Assembly: GCA_028023455.1 (NCBI GenBank)
Contig: JAQFVV010000005.1
Coordinates: 19,406,001-19,470,000, forward strand
Source of the DNA: Epiperipatus broadwayi
Lineage: Eukaryota > Animalia > Onychophora
DNA length: 64,000 bases
Direction of reading: 5' to 3'
Shown: positions 1 through 13,582 of the stretch, in pieces
Numbering within the stretch: the stretch's first letter is position 1
Layout: each line of letters starts with the position of its first letter
Notes under the pieces: model-generated
Told to the model about the DNA's origin: nothing
The model's input: only the letters and a program-made list of their open reading frames with translations
The model's database searches: none
Made by a program: the position numbers and the translations under genes

Positions 1-584
1 TCGTTCATTCAGAATTTAATAAAGGTTAAAAATCATTTTAAGTGTTATAAAGTTTATACCAATGATTGAATTGTAATTACCATATTATTTAAGCTGTTTG
101 AAATTAATAAAATAATTTTTGATATTTGTTTGGAAAGAGAAATGTGTTTTAAAATTGATTTATATAATATTATATTGTGTAGAAATAAAGAGTTTTGATC
201 CCTGAGATGTTAATAAGATAGTTTAATAATCAATTAGATTAATTTGATTTATATCTTTTCAATTCATCATGTTTATAGTTTCTTATAAATACAACAAAAT
301 AAATAATGATGTAAATAGTCTTAATAATTATTTACCATGAAATTATTATGTTAATCATTGTTTGTTATAGGGATTTTCCTAATGGTTGTAGCATAATAAT
401 AACTGGAGAATTTGTAAAGTATATTTTATATACTTTGTAATGATAAAGTCTATATGTTTGTGGCTGTTCCTATAATCTATATTAGGTTTAAAAGTATAGA
501 GTCTCAGTTGATCAGGGTATTGTGTATTGTCATTGTAAATGAGAGGGCATCATCATTTGTCTATTTAGGAAGGTTACAATATAT

Positions 585-1085
585 ATCATATTAATGCAAT
601 AATTATATATATTTTTTAAAAACTTACACTTACTATCAGATTTTTTTAAAAATATATAATCCTGTCTAATAATTAATTTATTAATAAAAAAAATAAACAC
701 TTAATTGCTTATAACAGTATTGTCTTTCAATTGTTGCTGGAAAAATACCCCCTTTTTTTTTTAAACATTAAAACTTAACCCCCTCCCTCATGCCACCTTT
801 TCTCATTTTCCTATAAATTTAATAAAAAGTTGCAAGGAAAAAAATCTTAAATTTATAGAAAATGAAAAAAGGCAGAGAGAGGGGATTAAGTTTTAATGTT
901 TAAAAAAGTTTTTTTTATTTATTTTCCTAGCCATAATTGAAAGACAAAAGTGTCCTAAGAAATTAAATGTCGATTTATTTATTTTTTTTATTAATAAATT
1001 AATTTTTGGACAGGATTATATATTTTTTAAAAATCTGATAATATGCGTAATTTTTAAATATATATATAATTATTGCATTAATGTA
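585..1085. repeat. Foldback (long imperfect inverted repeat, MITE-like)
   Basis: Arms of about 235 bp (about 585-822 and 847-1085) pair throughout, e.g. TAATGCAATAATTATATAT/ATATATAATTATTGCATTA and ATATATAATCCTGTC/GACAGGATTATATAT, around a spacer of about 24 nt. Confidence 0.85.
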
Positions 1086-1271
1086 ATATATAGGTGTCCT
1101 AACTAATCATTAAGTACCAATTCAATTATCTTTTTTGATAAATTTATAAAAAAACACCAGATACTAATCAATTAAGTGTTATTTATGTTTATGTACATTA
1201 AAAAATAAAAATTTTAAAAACATTTTTTGATATTTTTTTTATATTGTTCTACTTTCATACATGTTTCAGGA

Positions 1272-1303
1272 ACCAATTAGGTACGAAAGTCGAGGACTAC
1301 CTG
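1272..1303 (-). mobile_element. Tigger/pogo-like terminal inverted repeat end
   Basis: Reverse complement reads TA|CAGGTAGTCCTCGACTTTCGTACC, resembling Tigger-type TIRs. The partner end is only weakly suggested near 1090. Confidence 0.45.
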
Positions 1304-3693
1304 TATATCTATTAATAATGATAAATAAGCATCTAAAAATATTTTATTATTTTATTACAGCTAATGGATCAACAAGAAAATAGTGTTTTAAGTAATGATC
1401 TTCTAATGGATGAATAATAAAAGTGTTTCAAAAAATGATATTATTCCTAAAAAATTGGACAGTAAAAAAATTGTGACATTTATATGCATGAAATGTTTTC
1501 ATCTATTAGAAAATTATCTAAAAACTTTTCAGTTTTAAGTCTAATTTATTTAATAAAAATCATTTTGATTATTTATATTTATAATTACAGTGGTAGTGGA
1601 AACTATACTATATTATATTTCAAACTCCCCTCGCGTATAAACATATAGTGTATAATAGTCACATTTTGTTTGATAAATATTGATTAAATACAACACATTG
1701 TTTGTTGAACTACAAGTGTTCAGTCCAACATGCACATATATTACTACAGACACTTTATTTGTATAGTATGTATATGTAAATTAAGATTATAGTCTAAACA
1801 AAATTTTTAAAAATAATGTTATTAATATTAAATTGAAAGGACAGATTTACATATAATTTTACTGAAGGTGTGTTCATTCATTTATTCATTCATTCAATAA
1901 AGCAATATGAATAATAAAAAAAAAAAACTTAACTGCTATATTTTTATTTTTAAAATAAAATAAATAGCAAAATGTCAGACTTTCATTGTAATTAAACATG
2001 CTCTGTGATATTCTTTTTTTGCACAATTTTTTTTTTCCTCTTATAAAAACATAATAGCACTTTGTTATCAAGAAATTAGGATTTTCATTTTTTTTAATTT
2101 CAAAAAAAAAAAATTTAGAATCTCTCTAATTACTTTGATGTTTTTACGTCATCAAATTCAGGAAGGATAATAAAGGAAGAATAAAATGTGTTTTCAACAT
2201 AAACTGGAGAAATTTTATTAAAGTATATACAATCATAGACGGTGCCCTGAGACAGAAAAATGGCTACTGGCATAATATAAAATCTATTTATAAATTTTAC
2301 TTCCTTTTTTTTTAAAAAACATGATCAAGTATGGTATTCAGAGAAGGAAAAATGACTGTTTAAATATCAAATTTGAAAATTTTATTACTCTTTTTATTTA
2401 CATTTTTCTTTGGATAGGTATAATTGAAGTCATAATGAAACTAAAATATTTACTGTATTAATATATATTGCCTCAATCATAAGCTATCCAAAAAAAAAAA
2501 AATTGTAAATAAAAAAATATATTAAAAAAAACAACAGCAACATTAAAATTCCTAAGCTTAAAAGTTATGATATGGCAGCAGCCATTTTTCCATCTCTCAT
2601 GCTTATTAATAACATTTATTTAACTTACATGAAAACTCATTTTGATTTGCTTTTTAAAATTTTGATGTGGTTCAATATTTCACGTAATAAAATGTGCTCT
2701 TGGTGTAAAGCTAAAATTTTTATTAAATTTGTAAGTATTTTTCTTAAGCAATAAAATAAAAACTAGTAATTTAGTTATGGCAGAAAAAAAAAAAAAAGTA
2801 AAACATTCTGAAATTGCATCAGAATGCTTAAAATAAAGTTTAGACATGAATTTGAAATGAATAACAACAAGTAAGGATAACTGCATAGATTCTGAAGTCA
2901 ATACTGACACATAAACATCAAAACAATTAGAGGTGCTGTAATATGCTGATAATGAGACTACTATAAGCTTCTCACAGGGGAAAAAAAAAATTAGTGATAA
3001 AAAAAAAAGGATTATCAGTCCAAAGTGAGTTCAACTGCGATAAAAGCCTGACATTTCGCTATTAATTTAATTTTTTCAATAAGTACGAATGAACATACAT
3101 AATGTATATATATAAACATGCTCCCTCAATTTATTATTAATAAATACATTATTATTATTTTTAATTTAAATTATACTATATAAAAGTCCTCTGTGTATAT
3201 ATTATATGTAAAAAGTACTGTACACTTGTAGATCAATAGAATAATGCATATTCTATTGGAATCAAAGTTCATCAACAAAATGTGAGCTATTACAGCTATT
3301 ATATGTGACATAGAATGCATGTGAGAGAGAGGGGGGCTTGGAACAAAATATATCAGACATCATAGCTCCACTGTATAAGCAAAAATAGTGTTAAAAAAAA
3401 AAGAGTGATATATAGATACAATGTATTTATGCTGACTATACTAACATTATTCATGTGGAAATTTAGACCATTATTTGATATTCAGTGTGTTTTTCCTAAT
3501 ATAAATTAAGAATGAACAATATAAATTTTTGTAATAAACTAAATTGTTATAAACAAATGTATTTAACTGCTTTCCACTAACTAGATTAATATTGCCTAAT
3601 GAATAATTTTTGAGAATGGCTGCATTGTTACTAAAACATTTTTATTCAGATAAACACTAAATTTGTGAATTTCTAATAATGGCGCATACTTAC

Positions 3694-3957
3694 AGGCATA
3701 GGAATTTTTGTGAGTTCTTTGCCAATGCAATTCTTCATAATACTCCAGAGATTCAAACTCATATTTGGCTTCTCCTTAATTGCTTTTCTTCTTTTCTTTT
3801 TAACCTGTTGAGCACTCTTGGGGGGTAAAATAGGTGTGACTGGGGCGCTCGACGGCTTCCTATCCGCACTAATGGACCGGAGATCCTCTTGCGATGCTGT
3901 CCGCTGAGTCCCAAGGATAACTGAGTGTGTCTTATTCACTCTCCCATTGGAAGAATT
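3694..3957 (-). CDS. OSBP: OSBP internal exon (linker and start of the lipid-binding ORD)
   Basis: NSSNGRV...RRKAIKEKPNMSLNLWSIMKNCIGKELTKIPMP contains the OSBP ORD N-terminal signature. Acceptor tttgtag, donor gtaagt; 264 nt, phase 0 to 0. Confidence 0.96.
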
Positions 3958-4519
3958 CTACAAATAATAAATTAATTTTCATTAAAACAATTTTTTCCAA
4001 AAAAAAAAAAAATACTAAATTTAATGTAAATTAATTTATATATCTATTATAATAATCAGTACTAAGTATACAATCAATATTAAATTAATTTTGTGGTAAA
4101 CATATGAAAGTGATATTTCAATCTATTATAAATTAATTCCATTTATAAAATTGTAAAGTCTGCGAAAAAGCAGTTTTATTGACTCAAAGAAGTCCCCTGT
4201 CAGAAAACATTATAGTTATTGTTATTAATTTTAATTCTTATATACCATTTAACATTCAAGCAAGAATTAGAAGAAAAACAATTACCAAATTACTGCTAAT
4301 GATTGTCAAGTTTTGCTTGCATGAAGTATTCACTGGCAAAAACTGCTCATAAATCAACAAATCTCTTTTACAAGGATATAATATAAACAGCTATTCTTTG
4401 GATAAATATATCATAATTTTTAAAAATGCATTATTAAAACCAAATTGTAATATTACTCAGTATGATAATTATAGTGGATATTTTTAAACACAGTTCTGCA
4501 TAATAGTGGAGCTGGATAA

Positions 4520-5030
4520 ATTAACATCATTCAATTCAATTGTCTATCTAAAAGCTAATTTTATGCATTTTTTTAAAAGTATTTTATCCTTTTCTTACAA
4601 GAATGATCTATTACTATTATTTTTAAGATCATTTATAATCTTTACTGAAATTGATTTCCCTTTCATAGTTACATCTGTCATAAATCCTCTTCTTTGACTT
4701 TATACAATCAAATACCTCTTCCCCTTATTTGTTCTACAAATTGTTTATCCCATCATATCAACTTATATTCATTATCTCACCTATCATAGTTTCCAATTCT
4801 CTAAAGTTATTTTCATGATTTCATTCTCTCTACGAATAAGGCTAATCCAATTCATTTTCATTTCTTAATAACTTCAAGAAATTCTCTCTTCTCATTTGAT
4901 TTTCCCATTCCATTAATATTTCTAACTAGATTTACTCTAACAATTATTTCATTTTCTTTCATATCTAATTATTTCCAATTGGCCTTTATTCCTTTTGATT
5001 TATGGAGTCTTACAATCTATGTAGAACTAT
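4520..5030 (-). mobile_element. Highly decayed LINE-like remnant
   Basis: Strong pyrimidine skew on the plus strand, as in the 13-17 kb LINE, plus an IVRLHKSKG segment resembling the RT pre-motif. No intact diagnostic motif. Confidence 0.3.
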
Positions 5031-8000
5031 ATTTTAAATAAAACAATAGCAAATTATTTTCTAAATTTCAAATATATATCCCAAATAGAGTATCACAATG
5101 TAAGTCTATCTATGATTTATGCTTTGTTACCAATAGTAACATCTAGCATCAAAACAAGCTGTTTAATGTAGGAAGTTAGTCAGTTATGTGATAGTTTGGT
5201 ATTCCTATCCTTTTATCAGAAGTTAAGGTATTTCCAGTTAACCTACGAATGAGATTATCAGAATATATACAGTATTCCAAATTAATTTTAATAGGTTTTG
5301 AATCCTAATGTGTGAAATTTATAGATGAATTATTAATTTTGATGCTATAATAAATCTAATAATTAATCAATAGATATATTCTGTCTGGTTAAATAAAGAT
5401 TAAAAAAACCAAAAACTGTTCTGATAGTCTATGATTATTTATTGTATCACCATTTAGGGGATAATTATTAAATCTTTTAAGTTCCCATTATACTGTAAAT
5501 ACTGATTGTGATTTGGCAAAAAGATTTTTGTTTTGATGTTGTCACTTTCATTTCTTTTATTGTCTAGCAGATGACTTTTTTGTTTTTAATTAGGCAATAA
5601 AAAATAAAAGTCTAATAATTATTTGATGCAAAACAAACATTTTTATGGTTTCAAATATGAAAATTTATAATATAACTGATGTTGTGAAAGACCTAAATTT
5701 CTCGAAGACTCTTACATTAATGCTATGATAACTTTTGTTTGAAGAACTTCTGCATGATTTAGTCCAATGGTAAAGTGCCAGATTCTAAAGCTTTAGATCC
5801 TTGGATTGATGTCAATTCTGGCACCTAACTGAAGTTCTCATGAACTACAAAGTAATAAAGCCATTAGATTATTTAGTTCTTGTAATGAGATAGTCGTGCA
5901 TACATAATAAAAAATATAGATCCAGAAATGATGAGACTAAAAGTCATTTCAACAATTTCCAAGTTCAAAATGCTTTCAGATTTTATTTATTTATACAGGT
6001 ATGAAATTAAGTGAAGTGATTAAATCTTCAAAATGCCATCTACTATAATTCCTATTTTACTCTATACATTGCCACAACATAAAAAAATGAACCTAATCTC
6101 ACCAGAATATGATGGTTTCATTTGCTCACAATGATGGCTTGGAAGATTTATTATTACTTGCTGCTAAGTTATTTATTATATATATTAATGTATAATTACT
6201 AACAATATATTGATTTATAATGGCACAAAGTTTAGTGACTTGTAAAACACATTTTAATAAATTATTTTTATAATGGCAAAAAATAAATCCCATTTAGAAA
6301 AATAGACTATCACTATAAATAATTAGGTATATTTAAGAGTAGGTTATTTTAAATAACCATGAATTGAAGAGGGGGGTGGGAGTCAAATCAGTTTACAAAG
6401 AACAATATTTGTAAATTATATAGAACCAACTTTATTACCTGCTACTTTTTACAAACAAACTAAACTGAAGATGAAGTGTATGTTTTAATTTCATCTTAAA
6501 TTGAAGAAGCTTTTAAAATGCATTTGAAAAATTTCTTGAATCTGATAAAAGAAATTAACAGCACTAATGACTTCTTGAAAGGCAATTAGACTGGAGAATT
6601 ATTAACAATTTTAATTTGAAATTTAAATTGATAAAATTAAGATTAATCTTTTTTAAGTGCAAGAAATTTTTTTTTCTTTCTCAATACATGTTTAGCTTGT
6701 GAATATATACATGAATCATTGAGACGAACAATAATAATAAAAGAGAAAGTTGATATAGAAGATTTTTGAAAAATAATTTCATATTTGAAATAGTGAAAAT
6801 ACTGTATAATATTGGAGGACTTCCATTTGCAAAAAAATTACAAGAGGTTATTTTTAAAGACATTTTTAAAAAAATTAATCAAGGGACCCTAAAGAAAATC
6901 TCATACCATAATATATTCAACAGGTTAATAATGTCTAGGATGCAGTATCTGTAAAAATCTATAGTATAAAGGGTAAATATATACATAGAGCTGGCTTGAG
7001 CTACTAGGCAGTCATTTCGGCATAAACATTTAAGGGCCAGTCACGAAAGAAGTTAACTGAAAATAATAAAAACAATCATTCATTAATGATCAACAAAAAT
7101 TAATTGGATTGTCATTAATTTCACTTGGAATATGAAGTATCAAATAGTATAGATGTAGAAGATATTGTTGCTGAATGTGCTAAAAAGAAAACTTTACAAA
7201 GTTAAAATTTAAATAAGAAAGGTTTATTTCATTTTTGTTTATTATTTAATTTAATTTATGTATATATTGTTTGTATTTTATAAATAAAATATAAGATATT
7301 TTTTATTTTGTCTTCTAAAGAGGCATTAAGATTGAAATTTACCTAGGGCACCAATCACCTTTTCAGTGAGGGGGGGGGCTATGTATAATAAGACAAAGAT
7401 ACTTTATGATATAAAAACTATTAAAACTAATTAATTATCATACAACTTCATCAAATCATAAAATAATAACAGTACTGTAAAGTGAATATATAAAATAATA
7501 CATTGCACCAGTCTAAAAGAAAATATAGCAGCTAATTTTTCTATGCTGTTATAATTATAAATTATAATGTGTAATTAACAACAGTAATTCAATTTGATCT
7601 CTCCAATCTTATTAGCAAATGTAGAGTGAGCAAAAGTCAATCGAATTACATCTTTCATACTATTTCAATTTTACGTTCTCATTCATAAGCAAATAAAAGA
7701 TTAAAAAAAAAAAACGAATCAAAAATAATTATCAAATTATTTTGATATAGTTTTTTTAAAATCTTGTATGTATATATGTATAGTTACAAATGACTATTAA
7801 CAATTATTTTAAACATGGCTTTAAAAGTGAACTTTTGATCTAGTTATAAACCAGCCTCCCTCCCCCTACACACTTGTAAACAAGATCAAGCTCATGTTGT
7901 CTCCTCCTTTTGATGGTTCTTAAAAAATAATAATTTTAAACTTTAATCAATCAAATGAGATTACTATAAATGTCTTAGAAAAAAAAAATTCACTAATGGA

Positions 8001-10208
8001 ATATTAATTCATATTTTTTTACATGATTAAAATTTTCAACTAGTTTAACAAAACATTTAATTTTTTTTTACGAGTAAAAACATTTCTATAATAAATAGTT
8101 GTTTGATATTAAAATCAAAGAAACTATAATTACATAAATTATTTAGAATATTTTTAAAAACAAAATATATATTTTTATATTAAAATTGTCCTAAGGATAT
8201 TTTTAGGTGATATATTATTTTCAATAGTTTTTTTTTAAAAAACCTATCGATTCTATTAAAATTCAACATCAATAAAACATGGTAACTTACAACATTGTAT
8301 TATGGCACTCATTTATTTATATTTGGTTACATATTAATTAAATACAATCTAAAATGTTATTTTGTGCAAATTTACAATTGGTTTCCTGCTTTTGTTACTG
8401 TAAATAATATGGCCCTGAATCTCTTTCTAGGTCAAATAGGCTGTAGAATAATAAGTTTAACTTATAGCCAAGAGTGAAGACAAAAATGGTATTATTTTAT
8501 AACTCAATTAATTCTTGAAAATTTTGGACAAATATCTGAAATGTGTTTAAGTAAATTTTACACATAATCATTTCATTTTTAACATGAGTGCAACTAATCC
8601 AATGTTCTACTTTTTTTATTTAACAAAACAATGAGATAAATTGAAAAATTCTCATAAGTCAAATTATTTTTTAAATAATGTGTTTACTTGTAAAACTTAA
8701 AAAAATAATTTCCTTTAACTTTGTTAACATTAATATTTTTTTCTGCAGTTTGAAGATAAATTAATTTACTTTTTCATACTGCCAAGCTTTTATATTAACA
8801 TCTATTTCATAATATTCACAAAATACTCAAATGATCCGAAATCTTTATTACATTTGTGTGACTTAATGCAGTACATAGCAATGGATAATAGAGCTCATCA
8901 AAGTCCATGAATCATAGCTACAAACTAATACTTCTGGTGCTGGAATTTCTTATGAACTTCTGATAAATAAACTACTTAATTTTTTTATATTAAGATTAGA
9001 CATTACTATTTCTCATTTAACCTCAAGTATAGGCATTATTTTTTTTATTAAAGATCAAATAACTATTAATTTTCATAAATAAACATTTAACCCAGAGCAA
9101 GACATATTTTAAGAATTTTTAAAAATAGCTAAGCAGATCTTCAGCACTTTTTTAAGCATGCCTCATGGTTAGTATAAATATGGTACAAAAATGCTTAAAA
9201 CCCATTTGACAATTTTTGAAAAGGAAAGAAATTGTAATTTGCGTCAAGTATTACTTATATTATTTATTTATTAAAGCAGGGTTATTCACTATTTACTATA
9301 TGTGATATCTTTTCATAAAATATCAATATTTGTACTCAAGAAAATCTATCTAATTAATATCTTTCAATTCTTCATTATTATTGTTGAGCAATTGATAAAA
9401 TAATCTATCCTTTAAATCATGATTGACTTCATTAATAATGTATAATTTTCAGAAAATGTTTTTTCCCTTTAAAACCATATTTATTCCAAGCTTTATTATA
9501 TTACATTGTCATTTTGACCATTTTTTACAGTTATTCTCAAGAGTCCTTTTTATATATTTTGTGTTAACATGCTTAATATATCTGAAAATTGGATGAATTA
9601 TTACTATTACATAATACCATCTATTTTAAAATGTAATTAGTAATATATGTTTTAAAAAAATTATTATACAATTTAAAAAAACAACAGCAAATATTAATAA
9701 TATAAATTATATCTGACATTAAATTTATTTTGCTTATCATTTCTTATTTCCTTTACATATCCCATATGTAAATTAAAATGTTTTATACACAGGATGTAAA
9801 ATAAAAATAGGTAAGTAAAATAAAATCTAATATTAAATATAATTTATATAATTATTATTAAATAATTTATATTTTAAAGTGAATGGTATTATATAATTAT
9901 AAATTTTTTCAGATATATAAAAGTATATAACTTTTGGAAATCTGTAATGGGTGGAGTTATCCATTTATCTTAATTAGAAAGCATGAGTAAACTGCTCCAA
10001 GATAAGAGCTTATGTAACATTGACAAAAAGACTGTCAATGTTACATAAGATCTTGGCGTGGGGTAGTTTGTTTTAGGTTAAGTGTTTATAAATGGATAAT
10101 TTCACCCATTAAAGATTTCTATTTAAAATATCCATTAAAAATATGGGAATTATTTATATATATAAAATGTAATTATAATCCAAATAACGGTAAATAAAAT
10201 AAATTCCA

Positions 10209-10764
10209 ATATAAACTTTAATCAATAGTAGTACTTTATATTCAGAATCATTTTCAACTAAACTGACTTAATTTCAAAATGAGTAAAACAACATGTTGAT
10301 TTACATATCCCATAATTTACTAATATTAATATTCGCTAATTGTCTATTTATTATCATATTTTTATAACGATTAATAAAAACTGCATCTTTAATTTTTCTT
10401 GTTTCAAAATCAAGAAAGAATGAAAAAAAAATTAAAGCAATATTTAACGTTATAAAAATAAGATAATAACAGACAAGCTAAATATTAAGATTAGAGAATT
10501 ATGGGATAATGTAAATCGAAATGTGGAAATCAAAAATAAATAATGAAAAAAAAAAAATTAAAGAGGCAATTTTTATTAACTGTTATAAAATTACAATAAT
10601 AAACAGACAATCAGCGAATATTAAGATTAGTGAATTATGGGATATGTAAATCGACAGGTGGTTTCCAGTTGATGCTTTTTTATTCCATTTTGAAATTAAG
10701 TTAGTTTAGTGAAAAATGATTATTAATATAATTGAAAGTACTACTACTGATTAAAGTTTTATAT
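10209..10764. repeat. Foldback with an internal duplication of its right arm
   Basis: 10209-~10395 is the inverted repeat of ~10550-10764 (ACTTTAATCAATAGTAGTACTTT/AAAGTACTACTACTGATTAAAGT; TTTACATATCCCATAATT/AATTATGGGATATGTAAA). 10419-10519 repeats 10542-10654. Confidence 0.8.
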
Positions 10765-12755
10765 CAAAATCATTTTATTTCTAGTTATTTGGAACACAAT
10801 TACAATTTAGTACAATATTTTTATTAGGGGACATTTATTGTATTACTGTTATATATATATATATTACTATAATGGTTTTCCGTGGAAGAATCAGACCATG
10901 ATTAATCTTATTAAAGATTAACTCTAGAGATATTCTAAAAAATGCAATAGTGAGTATTTTCATTGGGATATGACTAAGAATATAATACAATGGAGTTACA
11001 ATTAGACATGGTGTTGAAGCCCTTCAATAAAAAAAGATTACAACAGAAGAAGTTCAAAGAAAACTTGGCAAAATGTCACAAAAAGAGAATAATAAATATA
11101 TTTGAGATTCATGAAATTATATAATTATCATGAAAATCATGTTTATTATTGTTATTATCATCATCATTATAAATTTTCATCTGTTTTTTCTCCTAAAAAT
11201 AACCACTTCTTTATTGAAAAGTAACACGTATGATGTACTGTGAGTGAAAAATATATGTTAATGCTACATTCATATAGTCGCGTTACATATTTTTCACTTA
11301 AAAATAAATGATTAAGTTATTAATAAAAATGAAAGTAGATTTTAAAACACAAACTTGTAAAAATAAAAGTACTGTGTCATATTTTTCTTTAGAATATTGG
11401 TAGGGAAAGATTTTTTTAAAAAACTCTCTTTTATAAAGCAAAAATAAGTTAGGAGAATAAAATTTTCAAAATAAATCTTAGGCGAAATCTAAAATAAAAA
11501 AGTTTAAAATTCATTCTCTTCTTTTTAAAATAGTTAAATAAAATGGTTAAAAATAAACAAATGTAAAATGTTAAAATAAAATTTGTTATAAAAGAAACTT
11601 TTTGTGAAAATATCTCATCGGCTTTGAAATGCAATTAAATTTGCAAGATTCCTCGACAATAAGATATTAGATGAATCTGAGCAAAGGATTAAGATAACCA
11701 GAAATGTAAAATTAATTAAAAGAGAGATTTCAAGTTAAGATCAAAATTAAAAATAACGATAAGTAATTAAAACAAAAGGAGAGAGAAAAGTATATAAAGT
11801 CGTTCTCTCTATTGTTATTTAATCAGGACTGCAATCTGCTATATCATTCATCAGTCGGATTTGTGATACATAGTTCGCATTTCTATTAGTCCGAAGTTCG
11901 GGTTCTTGCTAAAGAATGCAGAATATTCGGAAATTGTAAACATAGTATTAAGCCAATCATTACTGCTGCGATAAACATTACTGGAGAGGCCGCATAAGCC
12001 ATAGAAGAATTTGACAGGGCTTCATGCCCTAAGCCCTCAACTATCCTGCCTAAATCAGTACCTGGAATCAATGCAGAGATTGTGAAGTAGCAGCTGCATC
12101 ATATCCTCTATCTTATTATTTGATACAAACCTGAAAGGAAAGTCATGAAGCCATTGATAACAAAAGGCCAACTGGTTGAAAAATAAAGCATGAAAACTAC
12201 TTTTAAATATATTCTGATCACAGACTAGACTTTTTATTTTAAATGAATGAACTTTAATTAATGGACTATTATAACTATATCCTAAAATCATTTATATTTT
12301 TTCTTACGTCAAATCTTTTATTGTTGTAGGGTGTTAAATATGTGTGTGCGTAAATAAATATTAATGTTTGCACTAACTGTTATTTTGCCTATTTTCTCTT
12401 TCTCTTGTCAGTGTATCAACAGTAAATTAGTGTAGAGTTATTTTATGAGTAAAGTAAATATGCTGGACCCTGAGACAGTGTGAGCTAGTCATGGGATATT
12501 TCAAGCATTGGATTGTGTGCCTGTCATCCGAAGCATGCGGATTATATAACTTATGATTGGCTGACACCTGAGATTGATCCTCAAAACAAATAAAATGCTT
12601 TAGATGGCAAGGATTTGAATCTAGTGGTTGAGGTGAGCCACGGTCTAGAAATGTGATCATGTTATGCTTTGCATAGTTCGATCTGACTGTGGGTATCGAT
12701 GGTTTTCTCCCTCTGCTTGAAAGGTCGGTTAGTTCACATAATATTAAAAATTATG

Positions 12756-12951
12756 TTAAAAGGTGTTTAAACCCAGTTAAAACTAGCAAGAGTAAGCTTC
12801 TTCTCTATCGGATATGATTTAGCAAATAGCTAATCTTCTAAATTTATATTAAAAGGTGTTTAAACCCATTAAAACCCAGTTAAAACAAGCAAGAGTAAGT
12901 TTCTTCTCTATCGGACCTGGTTCAATATGATTTAGCAAACAGCTGATCTTC
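12756..12951. repeat. Imperfect tandem duplication (about 83 and 103 bp units)
   Basis: TTAAAAGGTGTTTAAACCC...GCAAGAGTAAG.TTCTTCTCTATCGGA...ATATGATTTAGCAAA.AGCT.ATCTTC occurs at 12756-12838 and 12849-12951. Confidence 0.85.
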
Positions 12952-13019
12952 CACCAAATCAAAAATACAATTGTAATAAACATGCAATAAACAATATATG
13001 TGCTAAAACAGTGATGCGC

Positions 13020-13582
13020 TGTGCTTTCTCCTTTTTTGGAATCGGGAATCTCTCAGCCATTATGCCCAGAGAAACCTGTTAGCCACCTTAATTTTCCTTT
13101 CCATTCCCCACCCTAAATTTTTCCCATATACTTCTCTATCCTATTCCATCCCATTTCCACAACATAATCTTTGTCCAATCCATGGCCTTTATATCTAAAT
13201 CCTCCATATCTTTTCCAGTACAAAAACGAAGAACCCACTTTCTGTATATTTACTCTTCCACAACTTCATTATTTAAACTCTTTCTGCTTGCAGACATTTA
13301 CATTCAAATAACAGATGCCTAATATTTTCTATGCCTTCCCTACCTGACTTGCAAACTAAATCTCCCATATTTTTCCATTTATATCTACATTCACTTGTTG
13401 CTAAAGATCCTGTGAGCCTTAAACAGTAAACTACCTCCCATGCTTTTACCATAAATTAGCTCTCACCCAATATTGTTTATTTCTATATATGTTTAAACTC
13501 TTCTACTCTCCATACTAGTTGTCCATCTCGCCAACTCCCTATTTTTTATTAATGCAAAGCTTTTTCTAAAGCTGAGTATTAT
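13020..13582 (-). mobile_element. 3' part of the same LINE, with a C-terminal CCHC-like region
   Basis: The purine-rich minus strand continues across the Penelope insertion (..KEWNN | ..ALIKNRELARWTTSMES..). It carries an 'LLFKA' motif and ENIRHLLFEC, typical of the C-terminal zinc knuckle of several LINE clades. The lower boundary is approximate. Confidence 0.75.

Noticed and set aside
1-3693. Next ORD exon (VNFNEPLSMLQR-type)
   Set aside because: Not found on the minus strand; presumably downstream of the window.
5755-5830. tRNA-like or SINE-head sequence (TAGTCCAATGGTAAAGTGCC...)
   Set aside because: Only a box-A-like motif; no B box, anticodon stem or acceptor stem.
11886-12291. Minus-strand hydrophobic ORFs resembling a viral or retroelement envelope C-terminus (GTDLGRIVEGLG...FIAAVMIGLILCL)
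   Set aside because: No diagnostic motif and stops in frame. The opposite strand gives an equally weak gag-like reading (EVRVLAKECRIFG), so I cannot assign either.
12406-12738. Possible solo LTR (TG...ACA, CCAAT-like motif)
   Set aside because: No target-site duplication at any candidate boundary.
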